DNA of 52,746 nucleotides, counting the filler, from Catajapyx aquilonaris (Eukaryota): the NCBI GenBank assembly GCA_000934665.2. It is 2 parts of 2 records of this genome, joined end to end, with 100 filler letters (N's around TTAATTAATTAA, not from the genome) between each part and the next. Parts side by side here need not be neighbours in the genome. Positions count along the whole stretch, not along the records: positions 1 to 26,535 come from KZ539316.1; 1 more part is not named here. One strand, written 5' to 3'. Both the position numbers and the translations under genes were made by a program. Positions 1 through 12,927 of the stretch are shown here, piece by piece. The number at the start of each line of letters is the position of its first letter. The first letter of the stretch is position 1. The notes beneath the pieces are model-generated. The model saw only the letters and a program-made list of their open reading frames with translations. It ran no database searches and was not told the origin of the DNA.

Positions 1-53
1 ATTTCGGGGGGGGCCCGGCCCCCCCGGGCCCCCCCCCCCTGCCTACGCCACTG
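1..53. mobile_element. Right end of a hAT-type MITE (truncated by window edge)
   Basis: Ends ...GCCTACGCCACTG (reverse complement CAGTGGCGTAG) with G/C-run subterminal sequence. The same terminus occurs at 24277. Confidence 0.6.
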
Positions 54-516
54 AGAGATGCCGGTATGTTGTCGGCGGTGTGCCTCAAAATAGCACAATC
101 AGTTTTGCGAGATTCATTGATGATGTATCGGTATTTTTTCAGTGCGTCATTGTCTGACGTTTGTTGCGGAGCACTAATTTCTGGCATAATGAAATTAAGT
201 AAGCAGAGTCATCTATCAGCCTAATAACATCCTCAGATAGCACTAAATCTCCTCGGAATTAATTTTGACTTAGGCTTATTATTCTTGTGGATTCCATCTT
301 TCCACACTGTATGAGCCGATATCAATACGCTTGGTTTCGGACATAGGACAGCAATGTGTGCTGAAACATAACATGTTGCCCAATTTTACAGTGCTCAATG
401 ATTTGTTGTACTATCACGGCAGCGAGATTTATGTTTTCAATTGCAGCACAAAAAGGTTAATTCACAATTTTGCCCCAATTACTTGGTGCAGAACTGCAGT
501 GTGTTACTCGCAGTAA

Positions 517-829
517 GCCACCAGTTGCACCAGTGCAGCTTTTACACTTACGTAGGCAGGCTATGTATCTGATCTTTATTTGATAGGAAAAGCACTGAGC
601 CCAAATATGCTATACCTTAAAATCGACATTGGATATGTAGAGAATATGATAATATAGGGCTAAATCCCGCTCTGGTGCAACCGGCCATAAAAGACTTATG
701 CCTGGTTGCACCAACAAAATTACCGGTCCGATAGCTCCTAATGGACAGATAGGTAGACCTTTTAACATGTGCTATCGGTCCGTTAGAAGCTATCGGACCG
801 GTAATTTTGTTGGTGCAACCATCAGGCAT
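517..829. mobile_element. Two adjacent PIF/Harbinger-like MITEs (517-686 and fold-back 698-829)
   Basis: Both have TIRs with core GTTGCACCA...TGGTGCAAC. The second is a long hairpin (GGTTGCACCAACAAAATTACCGGTCCGATAGCT versus its reverse complement). TAA/TTA-like flanks. Confidence 0.6.
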
Positions 830-1959
830 TAGAAACCATTGATTGTAACGAGAGTGCTGACTTCCTTTTAGTAGAGCCCAAGAGACATGTAGCCCTACAG
901 TACTAGCGACTGACACCTTTTTAACGAATTTTGAAAAGACTTCAGACAATATTAATGGCTAATAACATATAAGTCATGTACCACTTCAATGATAGCATTA
1001 CAGTAAGTTGGATGGTTTTAGCGAATGAAAATATATTTACAGATTTACAGGCTCGTCAAGATGATATTGAGCCAGTCAGTAAGAAGCAGAGTTGTGAATA
1101 AGTCTAGGAATGAAAGTGCTGTAAGTCACCCGCCCAAGTTATGCTGTGTGACTGTTGGGCCCGAAGATGTAATGGATGGGTTTTATATCGGAATATTTTT
1201 CGGATTTCCCGCTCCATGAACGGTTGACTGGCTCACTTCCATCTATACATTCTATAAGATGGGCCTTGTATAAAGCAGGTTACGTTTTTTAAAAGGTCGT
1301 GGTATTTCTATAGCATGAGTCACCATTTTGCTCCTACATCATAATTATCAATTATTGCATTATGACATCATGCACCAAGTAATGGATGAAAATAAACACC
1401 AAAATGCTCAACTATTCCAGAAACGACGAGTTATAGTAGGGCTATATAATCTGCGACATATCATTGTGGTGTGCGACAGAATGTGAAACTGTCTCATGAT
1501 TATTATAGACAGGCTATTATTTACGTTGGCAGTATAGTTCAGCTGAGTTTTTTTTTGTGCATTGGCAAGGGCAAAACAAATTCTTGAGATTGTTGCAGTT
1601 GCACCGAGTTGCACGTACCTACTATACCGTAGTTGTTTATTTACAAAAAAAAAAATAACAGTTTCGGCTAGACGTATCCTGGGCCTTACATTAGCACTAG
1701 GTGTTTTCTCATAAGCTTCACCTTGGAAGAGTGCTGATGGTTGTATAGCACCAGGATACGTCTGGCCAATATCCCGCTCGCAAATGGCGATGGTACCTAA
1801 ACCGAAATTGTCAGAACCTGTACATTGTCACTCGCTCTTGATTTTGTACCCACGAAAGATAATGTGCACCTGTACCGAGGGAATTCCCTCTTGTAACAGC
1901 TTCTGAATAAAAAGTGTGATCCCGCGCTCCAACTGGTGTCATATTTGGTCCGACAGGTT

Positions 1960-2309
1960 GTGTGACAGAGCACAGGTGGCGCCAGCTACCGCCTATCCTG
2001 CGTACGAAGTGATGAACTCAGGTGGTGGCAGGCGGATCCGCAGTGCCGCACACTGCTGCCACTCTCATCCGCCCGCCGCCTTCTGCTCTGGCCCGCCGCC
2101 CCTGCCTGCCCTGCCCTGCCTCTGCCCTGCCCAGGCTCCCACTCTTCCTACTTCCGGATTCCTGCCCTTGCATCGGAGCCTCTAGGTTCGGGAAGACGTG
2201 TGTCGGTCGGTGTTCGGTCGGCAAGATGGCGGCGGGAGTCCGGCGGGAGGTGGTCAGAATACGGGCTCTTTGAGACTTGAGGCCGGACCTGCCCTGGTCT
2301 GTGGCTGCC
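1960..2309 (+). promoter_or_regulatory. GC/CpG-rich promoter and 5' UTR of isoform A
   Basis: Local GC/CpG enrichment directly upstream of the ATG. ETS-like ACTTCCGG at 2150-2157, YY1/Pho-type CAAGATGGCGGC at 2222-2233, CTGCC repeats at about 2102-2132. Transcription start not determinable. Confidence 0.6.
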
Positions 2310-2481
2310 ATGAACACCAGAGTGTCGGCGAGTGAGCCCAGCTACTCGCTGGCCATCAGACAGGAGATTCAGAGGTTCGAGAGTGTGCATCCTTCCATAT
2401 ACGCTATCTACGACCTGATTGAGCTGCTGCCTGACCCACACCTTGCGGCGCAGATCAGGGAGCACGTCGTCTGCATTGAAG
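2310..2481 (+). CDS. CenG1A: Centaurin-gamma-1A / AGAP-family Arf-GAP, first coding exon (isoform A)
   Basis: ATG at 2310 in good context (GCTGCCATG). Translates [57 protein letters not shown], recognisable as the conserved AGAP1/AGAP3/CenG1A N-terminus ([17 protein letters not shown]...QIREHV). Phase-1 donor AAG|GTTAGT at 2481/2482; the last G joins AT of exon 2 to give D-SFVNSQEW. Confidence 0.93.
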
Positions 2482-3280
2482 GTTAGTACAGTTGCCCTGG
2501 GGCATTGACAAGTATGAAGTAGGGTTGTACTGACCAGCAGGTTGGACATGGTGGTGGTTTGTAGCGGTGCAGGTGACAGTGACATTGACAACATGCAAAA
2601 GCTCAGTGAATGTCAGGTTCAGCAGATTTTATTAATTGGTATTTAATGACATGTTGGGTGTAGATTTACGTGGCATTAACAAACCTTTGGTGTTGAGTCA
2701 AGGGCATCTGGAACGTTGACTGGACTTAAATGACGGTTCACTGAGTGTTTGTATGCTGCATGCAATGCCGAGCTGGGTTTCACAAGTGGTAAAGGTTCTG
2801 CATGGTGCAGATGCTGATAGTTATTAGTGTGGCTAATATTATGCGCTCCATGCCGCATAACTGACAGGTGTGATCTTTTGTGAGCATTGTTGTGCATGTT
2901 TCTGGATATCTTGGTAATGAAAGCATTGGACTGGTTTTGCAAGGGTGAGAAGTTCATTTGAAAATAACTTTTGGAGGGCCGTGGAATGCAAATTGAATAA
3001 TGACGAGTTAGGAGGAGCTGTCTTAACAAGGACAATATCTCCTTGCGCGTGTTGTAACACTACTGCTATTGCAGCTGTCACTAAACGGACAATGTATGAT
3101 AATTTGGCAAGAGTGCCCCTAAGTACAATGGGTGGCCAGAGGAGTGAAATGATTGCAGGACTTGCACAGTGTCAGTATCAGTACCTGTGTTAGATTTAAT
3201 GTAGACAGGTAGAATTTGACTGAAGTAGATAATTGATATCAAGTGTATGCATACGATAGAATCGTTTTGATGTCATAGCC

Positions 3281-3794
3281 CAGGGCTATTCAACTCATTT
3301 GTGACAAGGTTTGGTATTTACCTTTCCTGGACCATTCTTTCTCTCTCTCTCTTTCCCCCTCTCCCCCCCNCCCCCCCCCCGGTAAAGGAATGGATCTTAT
3401 ATGGTACCACAGGGTTCATTTTTGAAAATAGAAACATGTGCAACAAGGGTAGAAGGGCCTATCAAGGCAGGACATATTAAGACATTTTCGCCCATTACGA
3501 TGTCCTGTACAGGCGGGTAGGCAGACAATATTTCGGAGGGGGGACCATTTCATAAGCACAAGGTGAACGAGCTGTAAAGGGCGTAATTTTTTCTTTAGTT
3601 CAAGGTCACTCGAGCTTAGGTGAATGTGGGAGATTTGAATGGATGTATTGATGAAATTGGTAGCACTTTTTCCAAAAAATCACGAATTAGTAATTTCTAA
3701 TGCTATTTCAAACTGTCCTGTACATCGTCGTGGTCCAGACAAAATTGCGTCATGGTCCGGATCTGGACCGCGGTCCGCTAGTTGAATAGCCCTG
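3281..3794. mobile_element. hAT (Charlie-like) MITE
   Basis: Perfect 15-bp TIR CAGGGCTATTCAACT / AGTTGAATAGCCCTG and perfect 8-bp TSD TCATAGCC (3273-3280, 3795-3802). Confidence 0.9.
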
Positions 3795-4264
3795 TCATAG
3801 CCTGTACATTATTCTATTCGTGTTGGTATTAATGCAAGGGCAACTGTAGATGAGGATAGCAAACCAAACCATATGGCACTTACATATTACAGTATATTAC
3901 CATGGTATTAAAATGCTGACACATGGCTCCCTCTGACAGGATCTGATAGTGCTACAGGGCATACTATTTTTTGATCATGAGAGATGGATCGGATATTATT
4001 ATGGAATTGCACTGAGCTATTTAGAAAAAGTAGCAATGTCTTCAAGGTCAGGGCTGTAATTTGGATTATTTGTTTATAAATTGGAACTGCACAAGCTATT
4101 AAATTTTCGCCTACTGGTGTAAAATCTAGGATGAAAATAAGTAAGGGTCAGATCAATACTAAGACTTTTTTTTTCTTCAAATACTGGTTTTATAATGACA
4201 AGCTCTTTATTTTAAGCTGTTGGAGCAATGTTCTTCTCCTTGGTGTGTTTTATGATTGAGAGTA

Positions 4265-4604
4265 CAGTAGAGCGTCGATTAACTGAAACAATTGGGGACT
4301 GGGGATGTATGGATAACTGATTTTTCAGATAAACGATTTTTCGGATAACCGATCACTTACGAAAAAAATGGTACCGGTGTCATATAGGAGCAATATGAAA
4401 CAAAGAAACAGTGATATTAAACACAAAACTGTATATTTTGTATCATGTTTTTAAAACGTGTGTAAAAACGTGTAAAAATGTCTTAAAAGGAGCGCGATTT
4501 ACAAAATTTATTACATGGCGCGCAAGTTTGAATTTGCAGACTCGAATGCTTTCGGTTAACCGACGTTTCGGTTGATCAGTATTTGGATAATCGGCGCTCT
4601 ACTG
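4265..4604. mobile_element. pogo/Tigger-like MITE
   Basis: TIR CAGTAGAGCGTCGATTA / TAATCGGCGCTCTACTG with TA TSD. A related copy lies at about 24904-25279. Confidence 0.85.
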
Positions 4605-4606
4605 TA

Positions 4607-4895
4607 TTAGTTTTTTTGGTTTTTATACCCCGTGATAGGGCCTCGGGGCCCACGTAGGGGAGAAAGGGGAGGTTCCCAAGGGAGGGTGCTCTTAAGTAGT
4701 CATTTCTGACCCTCTTAAATACTAGACCTTTTCTCTTGGCCCTGGGCAGAGAAGGGAGTGCAATTCTGCCTGGACATGTCAGGTTAAAAGCGGAAAAAGA
4801 CCTGACCAAGTGAAGGTGACGGGGCTGGGATTTGAACCCCGGACCTCCCGCTTGGCTTGCCAGTAGCATAGCCACTAGACCACCATGCCCCCCCG
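4607..4895 (-). mobile_element. tRNA-derived SINE family C, copy 1
   Basis: Minus-strand head GGGGGGCATGGTGGTCTAGTGG (A box) ... GGGTTCAAATCCC (B box), A-rich tail, 16-bp TSD TTTATGA(T/C)TGAGAGTA at 4249-4264 and 4896-4911. Confidence 0.85.
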
Positions 4896-4990
4896 TTTAT
4901 GACTGAGAGTAATAATATTTATATTGAATTGTCCCACATGAATGGTGAGGCAACAATTTTTAGGGGCAAATAATAATATACTGCACATTG

Positions 4991-5368
4991 GGGAGACGGA
5001 GTGGCGCCGCGGTAACGCGTGCGCCCACGGAAGTTAAGGTCCCGGGTTCAATCCCCACCCGGGGTTCCCACCTTCTTTCGTGCAGAGTTGGGCCATCTCT
5101 GGCTTCGTTTCGGGTGGCAATTTCCGGCAGACTAAGCCACCCGGGGGAGTTCACAAAATGACGATTAGAGACATTGCACTTGCACTTTGCACATCCCCTC
5201 CCACCCACCCTTGGAGCATACTAATTAAGATTCTTCTTAAACTCGCTCCAAAAACAATTCCAAATGTGGCAACCCACCCCCCCTAAGGAGTAGTATAACT
5301 CCCCCCGTGGGGTAATGAAAAAATAAAAATAAAAATAAAAATAAAAATAATAATAATAATAAAATAAT
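4991..5368 (+). mobile_element. tRNA-derived SINE family B, copy 1
   Basis: A box TGGCGCCGCGG, B box GGTTCAATCCC, (AAAAAT)n/(AAT)n tail; homologous over its length to 20332-20672. Confidence 0.85.
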
Positions 5369-5374
5369 ACATTT

Positions 5375-5507
5375 ATGGACCCGAGTTAGTAGTTGGGATT
5401 AGGAATACGCCTGCCTAGTGAAGTCGAAAACCACCCTTAGGGTTTTCCAGCTGACTTTTTCACTGTGTAGGTATACTTCTAACTCCGAATACTAACCCTG
5501 GGTCCAT
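5375..5507. repeat. Degenerate fold-back element (old MITE)
   Basis: Imperfect inverted repeat ATGGACCCGAGTTAGTA... / ...TACTAACCCTGGGTCCAT extending inward to GAAAACC/GGTTTTC. Confidence 0.55.
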
Positions 5508-6674
5508 GGAAACATAGCAATAGTGCTGCTGTTTTGCTTAACTGCACTTGATGGAAAAGTTGCAGCAGAATATTTTAATGCCTGTAATATTTATGAACAA
5601 TGTCGCAAGTAACCTGTTAAGGTCCATATACCTGAGGCTGCTGGTAGCCAAACAAGCATGTCCCTCCAATCAGAGGGTAGATCAGCCCACTTCACCCACT
5701 TCATCATATAGACCACAGCTTGCGGAAGGCCTATCGCCTCACTCACTGGCAGGCTGTGCTTAGTTTTGCTACCAGTCAGTGGCCTCATGATAAAATGCCC
5801 TAAGTCTTTAATGGCTGTCTTTCATGTAAATTTTTGACCTGTAAATGTGGTAAATATGCTTCTTGTGTATTGGAAAATGAACAAAGGGCATGTGCACTGG
5901 AAAATGTAATATTATTGGAGAACTTCTGCTGAGGAAGCTTAGTTAGATGGAAGAGGCACAAATTAATGAAGGATATATTTTGGTGTGCCGTATTTTGGGC
6001 GCATAAGTGGTTTTTTTGCTATTTCTAAAATGGCGAGAGTTTGTAAATTGCAATTTAGATGTGCCTCTCTTGTTTGTCATTGACTGGACGTTTTCAGGAA
6101 AATTTTGTGATGGTTATTTTATGGAAGTATACAATATGTATCAAATGAATGTAATGTTTTGCAATTTTTTGGTGCCAAGCTGTATATTATTAAGTAGTTA
6201 CTTTTGAACAGTTATTTCTAGTTGGTATCAAAAATATTAGCTGTTAGTATTAGGTTGAATAGAAGCCTTCAATATGTCCCTGTAATCCACTGGAATTTTA
6301 GGTCAGTGGTTGGACCTGTTAGTTTGTCCTGTACTATTATCAAAGGATGCACACAGGCAATCTCATATTGGCAGCTGATAATGTAGGCAATGAACCTTGA
6401 AAAGTGAGTATTCCATTGGAGTAACTATTTACAAATAAGATGCCTATCCACTTGTTACTGTCTAATGACCCGAAAATGACATGCGTGAGGAGTGGTGCTG
6501 CAAGTAAGGGGATAATTTGTAAAAGATAGAGGATGTTACTCTGTGCAAGTTAACAGTGTGAGGGGGGAATAGAGGGCAATTGATGAGTTTGTCACACCTT
6601 GTCTGATTTGAACTCCAGTCCTGACTGTATGCAAGGTTCAGAGTGCCCTATCCTTCTTGCATATTTTTAAACTA

Positions 6675-7240
6675 CAGTAAAACTTCTATAAGTCGAATCT
6701 CCATGGGACTGGAAAGAAAAACTTCGAGTTATAGAAGATTCGAGTTAGAGAAGTTTGGAATTTTTTAAGCATATAACTCTATAAGGAAGCCTACCTTTAT
6801 GTCCAGCGACGAAAGGTGTTCAAAACTTAAAAATAACTGTCATTATCACACTACAATGTTCCTCATTGTTTTGTTGTAAAAAAAACTCACTTATGGACAT
6901 TTCCCTTCTCTTAGATCGGCTCTAACTCTTAATAAAGGATTCAATTGTCACAATCAGGAGATCAGGAAAGAGCCTTTCTGTACATGTGGCCTACTCTCGA
7001 CCCTTCGGCTGGGAAATGAGACAATGTTCTGTACTCGCCAACATGAACTTCAACTTAGGGAAACTGAAAATGCATCAGTATCCAATCGTCAGGCCCTGCC
7101 TGCACTTCGAGTTATGGAGAACTTCGAGTTAGGGAAGTTTATTTCCTATTATTTTACATTGTGACCAACCAAGCTCATCATTTTCTTCGACTTATAGAGA
7201 ACTTCGACTTCGGCAAGTTCGACGTATATACGTTTTACTG
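6675..7240. mobile_element. pogo/Tigger-like MITE, complete copy
   Basis: TIR CAGTAAAACTTCTATAAGTCGAA / TTCGACGTATATACGTTTTACTG, TA TSD, subterminal TTCGAGTTA repeats. Second copy at 51880. Confidence 0.88.
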
Positions 7241-7431
7241 TATCTTGAACTTGGTGTCGGTCAACGTATGAAGAAGTGTTTGAAAGTGGAGGGATAATAT
7301 ATTATAAATCATCCCTCCCTTTCCCTTGGGGGCGTGTTCATAAGTACGGATCGCCGTAAGTAAGGTCGTTCATAAACCGGGGACTGCTGTACATATAAAA
7401 ATGCAGCACATTACGGCACATACGGAGATTT

Positions 7432-7716
7432 GTAATTTTTATTTTATTTATTTTACCCCATTGGAAGAATCAGCGCTCCATTAGGGGGGTGGCATACCAC
7501 TATTTCACCTCTCAATATTTCTGAAATTTATTCCTCACACATGGATGGGGCCAAGGATAGGGCGGGAAGGAAGAGGCTGTGGCCTATTGTACGGAAACAA
7601 CCCCAGAATTATCCTGGGAGGGACCATAGAAAACCACGGTCAAGGTCGCCTGCCCTGGGAATCGAACCCAGGACTTCCCGATTAGCAGTCGGAAACCAAC
7701 CTGCTTCGGTGTATCC
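7432..7716 (-). mobile_element. tRNA-derived SINE family D, copy 1
   Basis: B box GGTTCGATTCC on minus strand; core GGAAGGAAGAGGCTGTGGCCTA...CCTGG...AAAACCAC shared with 41160-41336; A-rich tail; 11-bp TSD TACGGAGATTT (7421-7431, 7717-7727). Confidence 0.85.
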
Positions 7717-8460
7717 TACGGAGATTTTTGAAACATTTGGTCAAGCATTTGCCACAACTTAATTTCAGAGTAAATTGTATGGGTGGAAAATCAATAAGAA
7801 ATCATTTCAAACACCAGTAATATTTCCTACTCAGGTATAGATGGTTAGTGATGGTGATGCCAAAGAAAGAAAAATGGGGTGGGAAGAAGGATTTTAGAAA
7901 GGAACAATTGATGGATGTGGACTGCCCTTTTCAAAATTGTGGTATTTAAGAAAGCTTGATAAGAAAATTTGAACCACATTAGTGGTAGTGATTGGTCACA
8001 TTTACTAAAACATTTTTAGTGCTTTCATTAACTGTCACGAAAGGTTTCGTAAAGGACAAGCCATTTTTTCTTTAATCCGGTCTCACTCCCACAGCAATTG
8101 GCATATATAGTATACGTCCTACGCACCCGCCTGGTATTTTCATCATATCGTTGTGCAGGAACAATTTTATTTTTGAAGCAGGCATTAATTAATCAGTCAT
8201 TCAGTCTGGTCCTTTCAGACATTCAAGGCTGAAATCAACAGGCTGGTGTGTGGCAAGCACTGCATGCATAATAACCAGTAGCACTTCCAGCACAGCACAC
8301 TACTTGAGGGCTGCGCAAATTTGTCATCAACCTACTTAATGATAAGCATCCTTTCCTGAACTACTGCACTTTCATGTAGGGCAGTAATTTCATTTTGCGC
8401 AAGGACAAATGTATAATTGGGAAGGTTTTTTAACGCAAATTTTTACTGCACCAAGGAGTA

Positions 8461-9154
8461 GGGGAGACCAGGGCACAGTGGACAGTGGTTCATGGAACAC
8501 AGTGGTCCTTTCCATTTAAAAAATATAAGAAACCGGAATAATGTCTTCATCTGGTATCTCGTGAAACAGGTCACTATTGTGCTTCTTGCCAACATGACAG
8601 CCGCGTGTGAGATGCCTGTGATCCTGCTGTATCAGGGGAAATCTATTTGAAGGGTAGTGAAGTAACTTCTAACCCATTATGTCATTCTTAGTTTTATATA
8701 GTAGTGGTTTTGACAGACACTATGAAATAAAGTTCATTCGCCAAAGGATGTGGCAGGACAAGGTCAACTTTCTGGAGGGAGAGAGAGAGAGAGAGAATGT
8801 TTCACTTGTGTCCGCAGGTTGCAGTAACAGAAGCCCCTTTTATTTATTTCCTGTTTATTTAGAGGGGTTAGATGTAGGATAAAAATAAAATATACTTCAT
8901 GTGTGAATTTTAGGCGTCCCAATCACTTCCGGACCACTGTGCCATGGGTATCAGGGCACAGTGGTCCATTTGCGTAGGGCAGTTTTTAAAACTTATTTAA
9001 GCCAAAGGGATGGCACTACCTGTGAATATATTTGTCGCTTATTTTACCAAAGAGTACCTCCACCATGCCGAAAAATATTGGGTGCGTAGGTATAACAGGA
9101 GCTATTATTGAAATTCAAGTGTTTAAAAGTGGACCACTGTGCTCTGGTCTCCCC
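8461..9154. mobile_element. TA-flanked MITE with GGGGAGA termini (Tc1/pogo-like)
   Basis: TIR GGGGAGACCAG(G/A)GCACAGTGG at both ends, TA TSD, internal inverted copies of CACAGTGGTCC at about 8931-8968. Confidence 0.85.
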
Positions 9155-11299
9155 TATAGGGAACTGTATCGGGAGATGGGTTTATGTCAACAAATGAGTG
9201 AAAATATTAAATTGCAGACTTGAGATTAATTAAAGTGATCAACACACATTTTTGATGCTATAATTAATTAATTAATTAATAGACCAGAAGGCACAGATCC
9301 ACAAGAGGTTTTTAGCCACTTTAACATCAAACTGATGTAAGTCACGTACATCAGTAAGAGGGGTTGTCCTCCCACCGACCCATGCTACTAGGTAGGACCA
9401 TAGGAGGATCCAATGTAAGCGTAAGAGTAGTTCATGGAAATGGCCATAACACTTAACCCTTTGATGGCTGAGTTTTTTTTGGCAATTTTTCTTGTTTATT
9501 GAAAAAAAATTGCAGTAGGAGTGATATTAATGAAAAACAATATGCTCCAATATTTATCATTTTAACTCGTGGTGGTCCTTTTGAGTGTAAAATGCCGAAA
9601 AATTTATCTACCGGGTGTTCCAGATTTTTTTAAAAGTACAATTAACTATAAATGCAATGCAATTATTAATTTAAATTTTCAAGTCACTATAAAATTGTTA
9701 CTATTGTTACAAAGTAATACTAAAACACTATACTCTCAGAAACTCCAAAGAGTCCATACTTACGGCACACCCTGTTCTGACGTCGCGGGAGGGGGTATGT
9801 TTAGCTCATGCTGGGAGGCGGAAAAACTGATTAGCATACACCATAGTAGTTGAGCCCCCTTCCCTGAGGTGGTAGGAGCAGTTTGAGCCTCAAACTTCGC
9901 CATTTCTGTCTAAACTCTAGCGCGCCCAGTTCAAAAACCCGCAGATCGTCATATGACGATCGTAGGCTGATTGACGAAGTTCCAAGAAATAGGAACGCTT
10001 GCCTCTTCACAAGTGCAGGTCATGAGTAACTGATACTGTTAGAATAAGTGGATTTAGTTGTCACATGCATTCAGATGTATTCTGCTTCCAACCAAGTGGT
10101 ATCAAATATAAGTTAATGTTTGTATCTGAAAAATGGCATTGGCACCTAGGCATTTTGCCAATAAGCTGTTTGCTATTGATTTACTTCCCATGCAAGTTCC
10201 AGATCTTTATGACCACTAGTGGGCCTTCTGTTTTATTCTAACTTCATGGGTTTATTAGATTTGTAAACTTCTTTATACATATTATATAATATGATATAAA
10301 ATGCTGTATGTATATCATACTTTTTAATGGAAGGATTTCTGTGGTATGTGGTATGTGATGAGAGTATCAGAATGTTATCTCATGGCACTCGTAAAAAATG
10401 TATGTGTGGTGAACTGGTCATATAGCAAAGGTCTGAAGATGGGGTACGAATTGTCAGAACAAGAGGGTATCATTTTTCACCTCATGCTGGGTTGGCTTTA
10501 GGACTTTGAAGGACATTAGTTTGTGTTCCGTCTCAGTGGCAGTCATGAACGACCTCATGTCATGCATGCACTTTTCCTTGTGTGTCACAGTTTGCCTGCA
10601 ATGTAAATGAAGCTTATGAAAAGGGAAATCCCCCCCCCATTTTTTTGTTGACAATGCCAAGAGAAGTGGTAAGGGGGGAGGGGAGAAACTGCACTGTTTG
10701 GTGTAAGAACTGTGACACTTCATTTAGTAAAGTGCTACAGTTATACGGTACTATAAATAAAGCTGTAAGTTAGCTGCTAATTTCAGATCAAACGTTGTGT
10801 CACTTGGAAGCTTAGGGACTAATGAAAGTGAAAGCTCCAGTCTGGGTTCTGCAAGGTAATTTCATTGCAAGAGCATGCAGGTTATACGTGCACTATGCCT
10901 TCATCCCACTCTTTGTTATTCGGTGCCTGCAGGAGTAAATCATTGCATTCCTGTACTATTGTACAGTAACTTGTGATAATTATGGAGCTTGGGAATGTGC
11001 AGCACCTTGACGAATTAATATGCGAAAAATTCAGACATCTGATGACTTTGGTGTGACTCATTTTCTTAGTTACAATATACAGTCTAGTACAGCTAATGGA
11101 CCAGAATTGTCAAAAATAATGAAGCCCTCACATGTCAAAGGCAACACCTTGCCCTTGCATAACTGAAGGCGGAAATGTGTTGAGTGTCCAGCGAGTGAAT
11201 GTACCCGTGCAGAAAATTAGCATCATTAGGCGGGCGATAGTGTGGCAGGAGAGAAAAGCCGTTGATGAGTTGTGTGAATGCACCAGAAAAAAAAGAGAG

Positions 11300-12927
11300 A
11301 AAAAAAAGATGATGAGCGAAAAAAAAAAAAAGCAGAAGAGTGGAGTGAGTTACCGTTACGTTCCCGGAAATCTCCCACGAGAATGAGCGAGGTTTTTATG
11401 GCGGGACTAGCAAGCAGAACACATAATGCGCCAACATTGCAAATTTCCATATTATGCGGTGAATAGGAGCGAAACTTCTATTGTACCCTCTAGAATTCTA
11501 GATCCGGGATTTTTTTACACGTTGGAGTGGGCGAAGAAATGTGACGTAATGATCCTTTGGGAGACCTGGACCAATTTTCCAGGATGGGAATTTTATTTCC
11601 GTGCGCAAACGTATACACAGCTGAAGCCACTAATCCTCTGCTATTCAATACCTGTGACACGTGGCTTCTCTGTGGGCGAGTGGGGTGGGGGTAGAGTCAA
11701 ATATCGGAGGTCGTCAGATTTTTTTTGACGTCGTTGTCGGTCGAACGGCGTCACGTCGTTTTTTGCGTAGAAGATGGAAGATTTCCGTAGGTTGAGATAT
11801 GCGTGCCAGTGGGCTGGCTAGTAATGAACCGCCCTGTGGCGAAAAAAATAAATAAATACACGCATTGCACATTTTGGGAGCCTTATTCGCAGTTGAAGCT
11901 AAATTGCCAGTTTGCTTGGTTTTTTCTGGCCTTAGCGGGGGGATGAAGTGGTCCTGTGGGTCACGGAAAGTTTACTTCGGACCAGTCTAAATGACAGGGT
12001 GTTGTCGGGAGTAGCATTTGCTATTCTCCGGAGCTGACATAAAAATCGAAGCGGCTTGTACAGGGCTGGACATAGCGTCGTATACTGGTGGCGCTGACGG
12101 CAACTATTCGCTCTTTTTCCGCTACGGCATCGTGGCCCCACCAGTACGGCACTATTAATGTCCAGCACGACAGCACTGCACAGTAGGCTGATGGACTTGG
12201 CTTTAATGCAGTTCTCCGACATTGGACGGAATCGATAGCGTAAATAACATGGAATTGACGGTGAATCACACGCGAGAGCAATTATTATCAGTTACAAACC
12301 TAAAGTCGTAAGTGTGGTCGTAAGGCAGGAGGAAGTGACCTTATCTATTCCGCTGAATATGAAAATGGGAATGTAAACCGTGGTGAATTATGGGCACTTG
12401 AAGGAAGCGATATATGGAAGGGCGGATGTGGAGACTTAATGTGATGCAAAAAAAATGGCGAGGAATGTATGCGGGCCTCAGAAGAGTCCATATGGGGCTG
12501 AGGAACGTTGGGAGGGTTGGATTTGGGGTGGGGTGAGGCCCTAGTCGAAGGCAGTGAAGCAAGTCTTCCACAGGAAGGGAGGCTGCATCTCCAGTGCACC
12601 TGGGCAGCGTTGCCAAATGAGGGGCACAGGTGGGGTGTCCGATACGGGTCGAATTGGCCGGGCCACAACCTGGCAACCGGAGGAGCCTGCTGGCAAAAAG
12701 AAGAAGAAGAAGGAAAAGAAGAGGGGAGCGATTGAATTGAATGAATGGAGTGGGGTGTCCCCTAGTCTCCCACCCTTGGCAAACGGCCGTGTTGGAAGAC
12801 GCCGATGCAGATGCAGCTTGTCGGAACATTCTGGTGCCGGCGCCTGAAGAGCGAGGAAGGACAGTGGTGTGTGGTGTGGGAGTGTGTGAGTGGACAGTTG
12901 GTGGCCGAGGGCGAGGACCCTGCCACC
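11300..12927 (+). promoter_or_regulatory. Second CpG-rich island: candidate alternative promoter and 5' UTR for isoform B
   Basis: Visibly CpG-rich compared with the flanking TG/CA-rich intron, free of recognisable transposons, with an initiator-like ATCAGTT near 12287, and ending in the candidate exon at 12928. Confidence 0.5.

Noticed and set aside
2148..2594. 148-aa minus-strand ORF
   Set aside because: Antisense shadow of CenG1A exon 1.
6720..7225. Recurrent TTCGAGTTA units resembling a CRISPR-like array
   Set aside because: Subterminal repeats of a Tigger-like MITE in a eukaryotic intron; no regular repeat-spacer structure or cas genes.
9453..9980. piggyBac-like start TTAA|CCCTT
   Set aside because: No matching AGGG|TTAA right end found.
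10430..11060. CTGAAGA/CTGATGA hammerhead-ribozyme core words
   Set aside because: No flanking stems or correctly placed GAAA to complete the fold.
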